From assembly GCA_964614245.1 (NCBI GenBank), contig CAZTKU010000003.1, positions 23,021 to 47,020 on the forward strand: DNA of 24,000 nt, given 5' to 3'. Source of the stretch: an uncultured Ignavibacteriaceae bacterium (GTDB taxonomy: Bacteria > Bacteroidota > Ignavibacteria > UBA10030). The position numbers were made by a program, and so were the translations under genes. This document shows, in pieces, positions 1 through 8,678 of the stretch. The notes below the pieces were generated by a model. That model worked only from the letters and a program-made list of their open reading frames with translations. It was not told the DNA's origin and did not search any database. How positions within the stretch are numbered: position 1 is the stretch's first letter; the number at the start of each line of letters is the position of its first letter.

Positions 1-210
1 AAAATTCCCTTCAATCCGAAAACCAAGCGACACGAATGTACACTTTCTTGACCGAGAGAAGCAAGATATTTTGCCTCGTCATTGTTCCAAAACTGAGAAG
101 CGAAGGGAGCGATGCTTGACATTCGACGGGAAATTCTCAATCTTTTTTGCGACTCTGCTGGAATGAGAACTCACCCTACGCCTCTCTCCACAATCCGGAG
201 GTAACTCAAC

Positions 211-1950
211 ATGCTGCGTAAATGGATTCCCCCCTTAGTTGTTGCATTCTGTGCAGTTGCAGTTTTGCTGTTACTGGGCTCAACTCAGGAACGACCCGCT
301 GATCTCGTGGTCCGGAACGGGAAAATCCTCACAATGGATGTAAGTAAACCCTTGGCACAGGCGTTGGCAGCGCGTGGTGAGGTGATCGTGGCTGTCGGAA
401 CCGACGAAGAAATCCAGCCATACGTTGGTCCAACAACCACGGTGATCAATCTGAATAGGAAGCTTGCGATTCCCGGGTTCATCGATGCGCACGGTCACTT
501 CATGGGGATCGGGCAAGCGAAGATGAATCTCGACCTGACGAAGGTGAAGAACTGGGACGAGATCGTGGCGATGGTGACGGAGGCCGTCAAAAAGGCGAAG
601 CCAGGCCAGTGGATTCTGGGCCGAGGTTGGCATCAGGACAAGTGGAACAGAAGACCAAATCCTAACGTCGAGGGATTCCCGACGCACGAGTCGCTGAGCA
701 AGGCATCCCCAGGCAATCCCGTGATGCTGACGCACGCGAGCGGCCACGCCGGTTTCGTGAATGCAAAAGCGATGGAGTTAAGTGGCATTACAAGTTCAAC
801 ACCAAACCCATCCGGAGGCGAGATCCTAAAGGACAAGGAGGGTAATCCGACGGGGCTCCTTCGAGAAACCGCGCAGGGACTTGTCTCACGGGCGATTGCG
901 AAAGCGCGCGCAACCATGACACCCGAAGAACTCGAGGCGCAAGCCCGAAAACAGGCAACGCTGGCCGCAGAGGACTGTTTGAAGAAGGGTGTGACGACCT
1001 TTGAAGACGCCGGCTCTTCCTTCTCGACGATCGATCTCTTCAAGAAGATGGTTGAGGAGGGGAAGATGGGGATTCGGCTGTGGGTGATGGTGAGGGAGGG
1101 TAATGATCAGCTGAAAGACAAACTCGCACGCTACAAGATCATCAACTTCGGTGACAAGCACCTGACGGTACGGGCCATCAAGCGGGCAATGGATGGTGCT
1201 CTCGGTTCGCGAGGAGCGTGGCTGCTGGAACCGTACAGCGACTTGCCAACCAGCACCGGTTTGAATACGACGTCTGTGCAGGATATCACCGAGACGGCCA
1301 AGATCGCGATGGACCACGGATTCCAGCTTTGCGTCCATGCTATAGGCGATCGGGCGAACCGCGAGACCCTGGACATTTATGAGTCGATCTTCAGGGCGAA
1401 TCCGGGGAAACGGGATCTCCGATGGCGAATTGAACACGCACAGCATCTTCATCTGAGCGATATTCCTAGATTCGGGCAGCTCGGAGTGATAGCGGCCATG
1501 CAAGGGATTCACTGCACCTCAGACGCTCCGTACGTCATTGCACGACTTGGCGCAAAGCGAGCAGAGGAAGGGGCCTACGTCTGGCAGAAGCTGATGAAGT
1601 CAGGCGCGGTTATCGCGAACGGAACGGATGCTCCAGTTGAAGACGTAGACCCGATTGCGAGTTTCTATGCGAGCGTGTCGAGAATGCTGAAGGATGGCTC
1701 GAGGTTTTATCCCGACCAGCGGATGAGCCGGGAAGAAGCGTTGAAGTCGTACACGCTCAACGCTGCATACGCTGCATTTGAGGAAGACATCAAAGGCTCG
1801 CTCACGCCCGGCAAGCTCGCTGACATTACCGTGCTTTCCAAAGACATTATGACCATTCCGGAAGATGAAATCCCCAGTGCGGAGGTGCTCTACACAATCG
1901 TCGGCGGAAAGGTGATGTATGAGAAGGACGAACGACAAGGTAAGAGGTGA
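211..1950 (+). CDS. YtcJ-like amidohydrolase (Amidohydro_3-type metal-dependent hydrolase) with N-terminal signal/anchor
   Basis: 579-aa ORF. ATG at 211 lies 9 nt after GGAGG (197-201). Hydrophobic N-terminus (PPLVVAFCAVAVLLLLG). Metal-ligand motif PGFIDAHGHF, with later HAIGD, EHAQH and NGTDAPVED motifs typical of this amidohydrolase fold. Family call is from motif recognition only. Confidence 0.85.
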   Translation: MLRKWIPPLVVAFCAVAVLLLLGSTQERPADLVVRNGKILTMDVSKPLAQALAARGEVIVAVGTDEEIQPYVGPTTTVINLNRKLAIPGFIDAHGHFMGIGQAKMNLDLTKVKNWDEIVAMVTEAVKKAKPGQWILGRGWHQDKWNRRPNPNVEGFPTHESLSKASPGNPVMLTHASGHAGFVNAKAMELSGITSSTPNPSGGEILKDKEGNPTGLLRETAQGLVSRAIAKARATMTPEELEAQARKQATLAAEDCLKKGVTTFEDAGSSFSTIDLFKKMVEEGKMGIRLWVMVREGNDQLKDKLARYKIINFGDKHLTVRAIKRAMDGALGSRGAWLLEPYSDLPTSTGLNTTSVQDITETAKIAMDHGFQLCVHAIGDRANRETLDIYESIFRANPGKRDLRWRIEHAQHLHLSDIPRFGQLGVIAAMQGIHCTSDAPYVIARLGAKRAEEGAYVWQKLMKSGAVIANGTDAPVEDVDPIASFYASVSRMLKDGSRFYPDQRMSREEALKSYTLNAAYAAFEEDIKGSLTPGKLADITVLSKDIMTIPEDEIPSAEVLYTIVGGKVMYEKDERQGKR

Positions 1951-1967
1951 GGAGACGGCAGAATAAG

Positions 1968-2144
1968 GATGTAGCCTCGGACTTCAGTCCGAGAGAAAAA
2001 AAAAGTCAGGACTGCAACGCGACAGGCAAGAAGTGGAAAAGAGATGTAGCCCCGGACCTCAGTCCGTGAGAAGGAAAATGTGAGAATCGAAAGGTGACAA
2101 GTAAAAAACAGAAAAGAGATGTAGCCTCGGACTTCAGTCCGAGG
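1968..2144. repeat. Three-copy hairpin repeat array with exact 75-bp period
   Basis: GATGTAGCCTCGGACTTCAGTCCGAG-like units start at 1968, 2043 and 2118. Copies 1 and 3 fold as (C)CTCGGAC-TTCA-GTCCGAG(G). The middle copy is degenerate (CCCCGGACCTCAGTCCGTGAG). Spacers are strongly purine-rich on the + strand. The array lies in the 348-bp gap between convergent stops at 1950 and 2299. Confidence 0.75.
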
Positions 2145-2298
2145 AAGAAGTAGAAAAGTAAGCGGCCCCCTCCTGGGAAATGCTCAGGTTCCGCCCTGCA
2201 CGGAGAGAGCTTTCAGACGAGACGAAGAGAAAAGGGCAGATTTGCCATCTGACTTCTTCTCATTCCTTTAGATGCAGTCGCGATTTGTTCCAGACACC

Positions 2299-3807
2299 TC
2301 AGGTAAATTTGAACCACTGCTTGACCGCCTGCTGCAATTCGCCACGGTCGTCCTTGTGCCGAAACTCGTTCGTGTGTGAATCGTACGTGTACACTTTCTC
2401 CCACTCCCCGGCATTCTTTTCGATCTCGCGCAGGGCGTTTAGAATGAATTCGAGCTCCCGATCTGTTGTCGTTGGATGAAGAGAAAGCCGAACCCAGCCT
2501 GGTTTCGTTGACAAATCACCCCCATCAATCTTGTCGGTAATTCGTTTCGACGTATATTGATCGACGTGGAGCAAATAGTGGCCGTACGTTCCGGCGCACG
2601 AACAACCGCCGCGCACTTGAATGCCATAGCGATCATTAAGCAGTTTGACCACAAGATTGTAGTGTATCTTCTCGAAATAGAAGGAAATAATGCCCAGACG
2701 GTGTTGGAGGTTGTCTGCCAGAATCGTCAGGCCGGGGATTTGTCGCAATCCGTCAAAGGCCTTCTGCACCAATTGTTGCTCGCGCTGCAGCATGAGCTCC
2801 GAATTCATCTGCTCTTTCAATTCAACAGTGAGAGCAGCTCGAATAGCTTGAAGGAATCCAGGCGTTCCGCCGTCTTCGCGCTCCTCGATGTCGGGTTTAT
2901 ACCGGTATTTTCCCCACGGATTGGTCCATAACACCGTTCCGCCCCCAGGCTGATCGGGCGAGCGAAGGTGGTAGAGTTGAGAGTCGAAGATCAGCACACC
3001 GGACGATCCCGGGCCACCGAGAAATTTGTGGGGAGAAAAAAAGATGCCATCCAGCTTCTCCATCGGATCAGCGGGATGCATATTTATGGGCACATATGGC
3101 GCGGAGGCCGCGAAATCGACGAGGCAAATGCCATCGTGCTCATGCATCAGTTTTGCCATTTTGTGGTATGGCGTGCTGATGCCGGTAACGTTTGAGCATG
3201 CGGTGAACGATCCGATCTTCAGCTTCCGATTTCTGTATTGTTGGAGCAGTGCCCCAAGGTCGTCCAGATCGACAAGCCCCTGATCCGTTGGCTTGATCAC
3301 ACAGACATCGGCAATTGTTTCGTACCAGGCAGTCTGATTGGAGTGGTGCTCCATATGAGTCAAAAAAACAACCGGCCGGAGTTCTTCAGGGAGCGTGCAA
3401 TGTTCTTTGAACCGTTCATGGATTTTCAGCCCAAGGATGCGCTGCAGCTTGTTGATCGCCGCCGTCATGCCGAAGCCGACAAAAAGAAGGGCGTCACGCG
3501 GACCCGCGTTCAAGTGCTTCTTGATAATCTGATGTGCAAGGTGGTAGGCATGGGTCATCGCCGTGCCGGTGATGCTCGACTCGGAATGAGTGTTTCCAAC
3601 CAATGGTCCGAACTCATTGAGTAGCCGTTCTTCGACGGGTCGATACAAACGCCCACTGGCAACCCAGTCAGCGTAAACCAACTCCTTTGCTCCACAAGGT
3701 GTCTGGACAGGATGATGGTGTCCGATGATTTGCTGGCGGAACCGGCCGAAATACTCATCAAGGTTTTTGTACTGCGAATCCTGCGATGCTGACTTCACGA
3801 TGGCCAT
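2299..3807 (-). CDS. Class-V aminotransferase-fold PLP enzyme (cysteine desulfurase/selenocysteine lyase-like, long form)
   Basis: The track ORF 2299..3828 starts at a TTG. I prefer the ATG at 3807 (MAIVKSAS...), which lies 5 nt after GGAAGGAG. PLP-lysine context FSPHKFLGGPGSSG and a C-terminal RGGCSCAGTYGHY motif. Last gene of the dsrC-containing operon. Confidence 0.8.
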   Translation of the reverse strand: MAIVKSASQDSQYKNLDEYFGRFRQQIIGHHHPVQTPCGAKELVYADWVASGRLYRPVEERLLNEFGPLVGNTHSESSITGTAMTHAYHLAHQIIKKHLNAGPRDALLFVGFGMTAAINKLQRILGLKIHERFKEHCTLPEELRPVVFLTHMEHHSNQTAWYETIADVCVIKPTDQGLVDLDDLGALLQQYRNRKLKIGSFTACSNVTGISTPYHKMAKLMHEHDGICLVDFAASAPYVPINMHPADPMEKLDGIFFSPHKFLGGPGSSGVLIFDSQLYHLRSPDQPGGGTVLWTNPWGKYRYKPDIEEREDGGTPGFLQAIRAALTVELKEQMNSELMLQREQQLVQKAFDGLRQIPGLTILADNLQHRLGIISFYFEKIHYNLVVKLLNDRYGIQVRGGCSCAGTYGHYLLHVDQYTSKRITDKIDGGDLSTKPGWVRLSLHPTTTDRELEFILNALREIEKNAGEWEKVYTYDSHTNEFRHKDDRGELQQAVKQWFKFT

Positions 3808-3830
3808 GCCCACTCCTTCCCTATACAATT

Positions 3831-4997
3831 CTAATTCTTCCTGATCTCAGCGATCTCTTTCACTGCCTCAATGGCGTTGTCGATATGCTTGTCGGTATTG
3901 AAAGGACCGATGCTGAGACGGACTGTGCCATGAATCTTGTCAGTGCCTAACCCGACATGCGCTTTCGGCGCACAGTGTAATCCGGTACGGCATGCGATGT
4001 TATGATCCACATCGAGCATCGTGCCAACGTCCCCCGCGTCAAAGTTTTTGATATTGAAGCAGAGTACCGGGTTGTGATTTTCCGAGCTCTCCGCGCAGTA
4101 CGTTACGACGTTTTCGATGCTTTGAATGCCCTTCCGGAGCTTGTCCCACAGCATCATCTCTTTGGCATGCATCTGTTCCAGCCCGTTCTCAAGGACCCAT
4201 TTCACTCCCGCGTGCAGCCCTGCAACACCAAGCAGGTTGAGCGTACCGCACTCAAGGCGATAGGGAAACTCTTCGAGATGAGTCAATTGTGCCGAGCGCA
4301 CTCCCGTGCCGCCAAACCGGGTATACTTAACCGGTACATTTTCCATCACATATGAGCCCCCGATTCCGGTTGGCCCCATGAGGCATTTGTGCCCGGTGAA
4401 CACGACCACATCGATTGCCATCCTCTGCATATCAATTGGCACCGTCCCGGCACTTTGGGTGGTATCCACGATGAACCAGACACCAGCTTCTCTGCAGATC
4501 TTCCCGATCTCAGCGATTGGCTGGATCGTGCCAATGACGTTGGAGCAATGATTCACCACAACCATTTTCGTGTTCTTCTTGATGGCACGCCCGATGTCAT
4601 GGGGGTGAACATATCCATGCTCGTCAAATATGACATGGGTGACCTCAATGACCCCATTCATCTCCAGATGGTGTAGGGGTCGTAGGACCGAATTGTGTTC
4701 CAGCATCGTTGTGACAACATGATCACCCTTTTCGGCCAGCCCCTGGATGATCATATTCAACGAATCGCTTGCGTTGTAGCTGAAGGTCAGTCTGTTGGGG
4801 TCGCCTCCGCCGTGAAAGAACTCAGTCAGGAGTTTTCGAGTATCCATGACGATCTCTTCTGCTTCCAAGGCTGCATCAAACCCTGAGCGGCCCGGGTTTA
4901 CACCATGTTTGCGGTAGAAACTGTTCATGAAGTCGTAGACAGCATCAGGTTTGGGAAACGACGTTGCGGAATTGTCAAGGTAGATCAATGTGCTCAC
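3831..4997 (-). CDS. Cysteine desulfurase family protein (class-V PLP, SufS/CsdA-like active-site loop)
   Basis: 388 aa with a GTG start at 4997 giving MSTLIYLDNSATSFP, the typical desulfurase N-terminus. PLP lysine in FTGHKCLMGPTGIGG. Catalytic-cysteine loop ACRTGLHCAP resembles the SufS RTGHHCA loop. Confidence 0.85.
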   Translation of the reverse strand: MSTLIYLDNSATSFPKPDAVYDFMNSFYRKHGVNPGRSGFDAALEAEEIVMDTRKLLTEFFHGGGDPNRLTFSYNASDSLNMIIQGLAEKGDHVVTTMLEHNSVLRPLHHLEMNGVIEVTHVIFDEHGYVHPHDIGRAIKKNTKMVVVNHCSNVIGTIQPIAEIGKICREAGVWFIVDTTQSAGTVPIDMQRMAIDVVVFTGHKCLMGPTGIGGSYVMENVPVKYTRFGGTGVRSAQLTHLEEFPYRLECGTLNLLGVAGLHAGVKWVLENGLEQMHAKEMMLWDKLRKGIQSIENVVTYCAESSENHNPVLCFNIKNFDAGDVGTMLDVDHNIACRTGLHCAPKAHVGLGTDKIHGTVRLSIGPFNTDKHIDNAIEAVKEIAEIRKN

Positions 4998-5036
4998 GGT
5001 ATTCTATTCATTGTAGTGAATCGGGGAAAGAATGGA

Positions 5037-6335
5037 CTATGCAAGCACCAAGGCATCGGCGACAACTTCTGCCAGCGTCTTGATGTTCACGCCGAGCTTG
5101 AACTTGTTGTTGATCTGAATCAACTGGTCGACGCAGTTGTGACAGGGTGTTACAACCGTCGAGGCACTCGTTTTCCGAATCTGATCCGCCTTGATCTCGG
5201 CGATTTTCATCCGCCGGTCTCCATACTCACTCATGGAAAGCTGACCGCCACCGCCGCCACAGCAGAAATTATCGACACCGTGTGGCGTCATCTCGACAAG
5301 CGTGCTGGCCGCATGGCTTAGGACGAACCGCTGTTCGTCAATGACACCCCCTTCTCTCACGAGGTTGCATGGATCGTGCAACGTCATCACCTCCTGGTTC
5401 TTCTTCTTGTCGAGCGTGATCTTCCCGTCCCGAACATATTCGGCGAGGAGTTCTACCGAAGTGATGGTATTGAAAGAAAACGGGCGTTGAAGGTAGTTCG
5501 GTGCCTCCCAGCGAAAAGCCCGCGAGCCGTGACCACACTCAGCGAGCACACATCGTTTTGCCCCGATGGTTTCCATCTCATCGTGGAGCCTCTGAGCGAT
5601 GATGACTGCTTCTTCCAGGTTGCAGGAGAAATATGCATAGTTTGTGACGTCATACATGGACGTCGACAGCGTCCAGCTCTCTTTTGCGGCATAGAAAACC
5701 TTTGCCATCGCTGAAATCGAGAGGGGGAAGAACTTCGGTTCCCGCGGATTGAGAGTGTACAGAATCTTCGCCCCGACCTGATTGAGTGGGATAGACGCCT
5801 TTGGGTCGTTCACTTCGTCTCTGAGTTCATCCTCCAGCCACGAGATTGTGCTGACAAACTCATCGGTCGGAATAGCCATGTTGTTGCCGGTTTGAAGAGC
5901 GGCGTTGACGGTCGACTGCAGGGTTGCAGGCACGAGCGACATCGCGGCAAGCATTGCTCTCCCCGTTCGTACGACGTACGTAATGTCGACACCGATGGAA
6001 CAATGCATCGTGCATCTTCCACATAATGTACACGAACCGAACAACAAGTCGACCATCTCGTTTACTGTTGCATCGTCGAGCTCACGGGCACCAACAAGAC
6101 GAGGAAACACCCTGCCAGTGAAAGTGCAATAGCGCTGGTAGATGGAAGAGACGAGGGCAACTTTTGCCGCAGGAATAAATCGTTCGTCTTTCATGGCAAG
6201 ATAGTACATACAGCTTTCCGCACACAGTCCGCAGTGAACGCAGCTGTTCAGGTGCGACTCGAGTTGGCTATCCTTCGGCTCAGCGAGAATCCTGAGGGCC
6301 TTTCGGTGTTCCGCGGAAAGATCGCTCATACGCAT
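5037..6335 (-). CDS. DsrK/HdrD-like (Fe-S)-binding protein with CCG domain (heterodisulfide-reductase-type catalytic subunit)
   Basis: 432 aa. Two ferredoxin-type CxxCxxCxxxC motifs (CVHCGLCAESC, CTLCGRCTMHC). C-terminal CCG signature DPCNL...NFCCGGGGG...TPCHNC. The ATG lies 3 nt after the stop of the upstream membrane-subunit gene. Confidence 0.8.
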   Translation of the reverse strand: MRMSDLSAEHRKALRILAEPKDSQLESHLNSCVHCGLCAESCMYYLAMKDERFIPAAKVALVSSIYQRYCTFTGRVFPRLVGARELDDATVNEMVDLLFGSCTLCGRCTMHCSIGVDITYVVRTGRAMLAAMSLVPATLQSTVNAALQTGNNMAIPTDEFVSTISWLEDELRDEVNDPKASIPLNQVGAKILYTLNPREPKFFPLSISAMAKVFYAAKESWTLSTSMYDVTNYAYFSCNLEEAVIIAQRLHDEMETIGAKRCVLAECGHGSRAFRWEAPNYLQRPFSFNTITSVELLAEYVRDGKITLDKKKNQEVMTLHDPCNLVREGGVIDEQRFVLSHAASTLVEMTPHGVDNFCCGGGGGQLSMSEYGDRRMKIAEIKADQIRKTSASTVVTPCHNCVDQLIQINNKFKLGVNIKTLAEVVADALVLA

Positions 6336-6338
6336 CGT

Positions 6339-6959
6339 TCACGATTTCTTGAGAGGCCAGACTCCACGCCAGCCATAGAACAGGCCAAGATGATACCGCG
6401 CGGCAAAGAAATAGAGTGCATGTTTCAACTTCCCAAGGGGGAGGTACAGCAACAGGAGGCTCGCGGAAACGAAATAGAATGGTGCAAAGGCCCCTGAGAC
6501 CAGCATAACCAGGGTGGATATCTGGAGGAGCGTCACAAGGACATTCGATACGTAGTCATCAAGGTTAGACAGACCCCTGAGTTTCGGGAGTACCATTCTC
6601 TTGGTGAGTATCCCGATCCCGCTGAGCCCTGACACTGCGAGAATGCCGGTCACGCTCCACAGTAAAAACCCCTCAATGTGCGCATTCAGGAGCAGCGGGA
6701 AGAAAAGTCCGACGGAGACAAATGTCCCGGCGTGGTATAGCAACCCTGCCGTATACGTTGGCAGATGGAGATAGGCAGACTCTTTCTTTCCCGGGCTCAT
6801 CGCTCCCAGGAAAGAGTAGGTGATCGCGGGCGCCAAATTGCCTCTGCGCTGGGAAAAATCTTTTGGAGGTCCCAAGCGGACAATCCTGACAAAATGATAG
6901 AACAGGCTCGTCAGGCAGAGGAAAAGGGCGGTTAGTGCGAGATAGTGGTACCAGGACAT
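6339..6959 (-). CDS. Polytopic membrane protein, NarI/DsrM/HdrE-like putative heme-b subunit
   Basis: 206 aa with about 5 hydrophobic helices and several membrane-embedded His residues. Positioned directly between dsrC and the DsrK-like gene, as DsrM/HmeC-type partners are. The assignment rests on context plus topology rather than a diagnostic motif. Confidence 0.6.
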   Translation of the reverse strand: MSWYHYLALTALFLCLTSLFYHFVRIVRLGPPKDFSQRRGNLAPAITYSFLGAMSPGKKESAYLHLPTYTAGLLYHAGTFVSVGLFFPLLLNAHIEGFLLWSVTGILAVSGLSGIGILTKRMVLPKLRGLSNLDDYVSNVLVTLLQISTLVMLVSGAFAPFYFVSASLLLLYLPLGKLKHALYFFAARYHLGLFYGWRGVWPLKKS

Positions 6960-6974
6960 GCAGGTTTGATCCCC

Positions 6975-7292
6975 CTAGACACAACCGTCTGGCTTCGGCA
7001 GGCCCGCAACCCGACACGCTCCGCGCGCCGGGCCAAGCGGGAACAGCTGGTAAATCTCCTTGAGCTTTATGCCAGTTACCTGGCAGATCGACCGGATCAT
7101 TGGCGCCATCCCCTTCTCTTCCCAGTTCTTGCGGATATACTTCACGATCGCCCAGTGCTTATCGTTCATCTCTGTAATGCCGTCGTGCTTCGCGATGAGC
7201 CGGGCGACCTCCTCATTCCAAAGGTAAGGGTCTGACAGAAAACCGTCGCCATCTACCTCAAAAACTCTTCCGTCGATTTCCATGGTTGACAT
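6975..7292 (-). CDS. dsrC: DsrC-type sulfur-relay protein (TusE/DsrC/DsvC family, two-cysteine C-terminal arm)
   Basis: 105 aa. The C-terminus ...ARGACRVAGLPKPDGCV carries both conserved cysteines (the penultimate Cys, and a second Cys 10 residues upstream in the C-x10-C-V pattern). This distinguishes DsrC from single-Cys TusE. Confidence 0.9.
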   Translation of the reverse strand: MSTMEIDGRVFEVDGDGFLSDPYLWNEEVARLIAKHDGITEMNDKHWAIVKYIRKNWEEKGMAPMIRSICQVTGIKLKEIYQLFPLGPARGACRVAGLPKPDGCV

Positions 7293-7310
7293 AAGAATAC
7301 TCTCGCTCGA

Positions 7311-7565
7311 CTAACGACCTTCATCCGAAAGTCTATCAAATTCATCAATGATTTCTGAGGGTGAAAGCGGGGAATCGGGCAGAACAAAATCAGGGCAGAG
7401 ATTCAGGGCGTTTTTCGCGATGTAACGCTTGCAGAGGCTATAGGCTTCGATACCGCGGAGACAATAGACGTCGAGGAAGAACTGCTTCTTCTGCGGATCA
7501 GAGATGATGCTCGTTGTCTGAACGAGCTGGCAGGCGCTGTAGTTCGGACAGTGTGGGTCTTCCAT
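7311..7565 (-). CDS. Small Cys-rich hypothetical protein, first gene of the dsrC operon
   Basis: 84 aa with an ATG start and a GAAGGGA Shine-Dalgarno-like element 2 nt upstream. Five Cys residues (HCPNYSAC...YCLRG...LCKRY...LCPDF) and an acidic C-terminal tail. Sits 18 nt upstream of dsrC. I recognise no family. Confidence 0.5.
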   Translation of the reverse strand: MEDPHCPNYSACQLVQTTSIISDPQKKQFFLDVYCLRGIEAYSLCKRYIAKNALNLCPDFVLPDSPLSPSEIIDEFDRLSDEGR

Positions 7566-7781
7566 ATCCCTTCACGGCGAAAGCATTCCGCTGAGTACGA
7601 CATACTAAGTTAGAGGTTGAAGCCTAAAAATCAAGGCTTCCCGCCCGAGAATTCAAAGCGTTGGGAACACAATGCTGCAGGATGCAGAATCCCGATTTCA
7701 TCGTCGTCCCGCGGACTGGGCGGACAAGCGACGGCAATCCAGGTGATCGAGCGAACTCTCATGACTGCATGTTGTACCTGC

Positions 7782-8567
7782 TCACTTCGTCGCCGGAGAG
7801 GTTCGGTGAACGAGTGTTGTGGATGCCTGGTTGGTCGGCAGAATGATGAGTTCTGCAATCTGCACGTGGGGTGGCCGTGTTGCGCAAAAAAGAACAGCGT
7901 CTGCTACATCAGAACCTGTCAGGGGAGTGAGATTCTGGTACACCGTTTTTGCCCTTTGCTCATCGCCGCGGAAGCGGACCATGCTGAACTCTGTCTCAAC
8001 AAGACCGGGATCGACGGTGCAAACGCGAATCGGTGTGTCAACGAGATCGTGGCGCAATCCCCTGGTCAGCGCATCAACTGCGAACTTCGTCGCACAGTAA
8101 ACGTTTCCTCCTGGATACACCTCGTGGCCAGCGATCGAGCCGATATTGATAATTGTGCCGTGGCCGCGGGCAACCATGCCGGGGATAACCGCGCGACTCA
8201 CATAAAGCAATCCCTTCACATTCGTGTCGATCATCTCCTCCCAATCTTCAATCTTCCCTTCGTGGAGCTTATGAAGACCGCGGCTGAGCCCGGCGTTGTT
8301 CAGAAGCACCTCAATCTCCTGCCACTCTTTCGGGAGGTTTTTGACTGCGGTTTTCACGTCCGGTTGTTTGCGGACATCGAGCTGGATCGCATAGACATCC
8401 GTGCCGTGTTTTGCCTTGAGTTCTTTCGCAAGGGCATCGATGCGTTGTTTGCGGCGCGCTGCGAGAATGAGGCGCGCGCCTTCCCGCGCAAACGCGTGCG
8501 CACAGGCGAAGCCGATACCGCTGCTCGCACCCGTGATGAGAACAAGCTTCTTTGTAAGAGAGATCAT
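7782..8567 (-). CDS. ydfG: Short-chain dehydrogenase/reductase, YdfG-like NADP-dependent 3-hydroxy-acid/serine dehydrogenase
   Basis: 261 aa. TGASSGIG Rossmann motif, NNAG, and catalytic Y-x3-K (NVYCATK). From memory, it aligns end to end with E. coli YdfG (DWEEMIDTNVKGL..., VRFRGDEQRAKTVYQ...). The 318-aa + ORF 7617..8573 is its antisense shadow. Confidence 0.85.
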   Translation of the reverse strand: MISLTKKLVLITGASSGIGFACAHAFAREGARLILAARRKQRIDALAKELKAKHGTDVYAIQLDVRKQPDVKTAVKNLPKEWQEIEVLLNNAGLSRGLHKLHEGKIEDWEEMIDTNVKGLLYVSRAVIPGMVARGHGTIINIGSIAGHEVYPGGNVYCATKFAVDALTRGLRHDLVDTPIRVCTVDPGLVETEFSMVRFRGDEQRAKTVYQNLTPLTGSDVADAVLFCATRPPHVQIAELIILPTNQASTTLVHRTSPATK

Positions 8568-8618
8568 GTCTGAGTAATGGGCTTAGGCGGAAAAGGTGAA
8601 TCTTACCAAACGGCAGGC

Positions 8619-8647
8619 AAATTACAAAGCAGCAGCTGGAATGTCAA
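8619..8647 (-). promoter_or_regulatory. Sigma70-like promoter for the SDR gene
   Basis: Minus strand reads TTGACA (8647-8642), a 17-nt spacer, then TAATTT (8624-8619), about 50 nt upstream of the ATG at 8567. Preceded by T7 and GGTTATA heptamer repeats. Prediction from sequence only. Confidence 0.5.
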
Positions 8648-8678
8648 CAACCTATAACCTATAACCTACAAAAAAAAC

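Noticed and set aside
1-122. Minus-strand frame open from an ATG at 122 to the left window edge (MSSIAPFASQFWNNDEAKYLASLGQESVHSCRLVFGLKGI...), possibly the 5' end of a divergently transcribed gene.
   Set aside because: Only 40 codons are visible, with no ribosome-binding site and no recognisable motif. This is not enough evidence to call a CDS.
1968-2144. Possible mini-CRISPR array: ~27-30-bp repeats with ~45-bp spacers and a regular 75-bp period.
   Set aside because: There are only three units and the middle repeat is degenerate at several positions. The spacers are low-complexity purine-rich sequence and there are no cas genes in the window. A REP-like or terminator-stack interpretation fits better.
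2180-2479. 99-aa + ORF at the 3' end of the class-V PLP gene and the intergenic gap.
   Set aside because: It overlaps the well-supported minus-strand gene in antisense, and its sequence is Ser/Arg/Cys-rich and implausible.
7619-7640. Hairpin GAAGCCT-8 nt-AGGCTTC between the SDR stop and the dsrC-operon start, as a possible terminator or leader structure.
   Set aside because: The stem is only 7 bp and there is no U-tract on either strand. I also could not identify a convincing promoter for the dsrC operon in 7566-7781, so its role cannot be supported.
7617-8573. 318-aa + strand ORF covering the whole SDR locus. Similar long antisense ORFs occur at 16139..16921, 17078..17683, 8877..9542, 10533..11126/13410..14003, 20275..20889 and 23313..23840.
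   Set aside because: They lie exactly antisense to genes with clear family motifs and have Arg/Cys/His-rich, low-plausibility sequences. They are shadow ORFs caused by codon bias.
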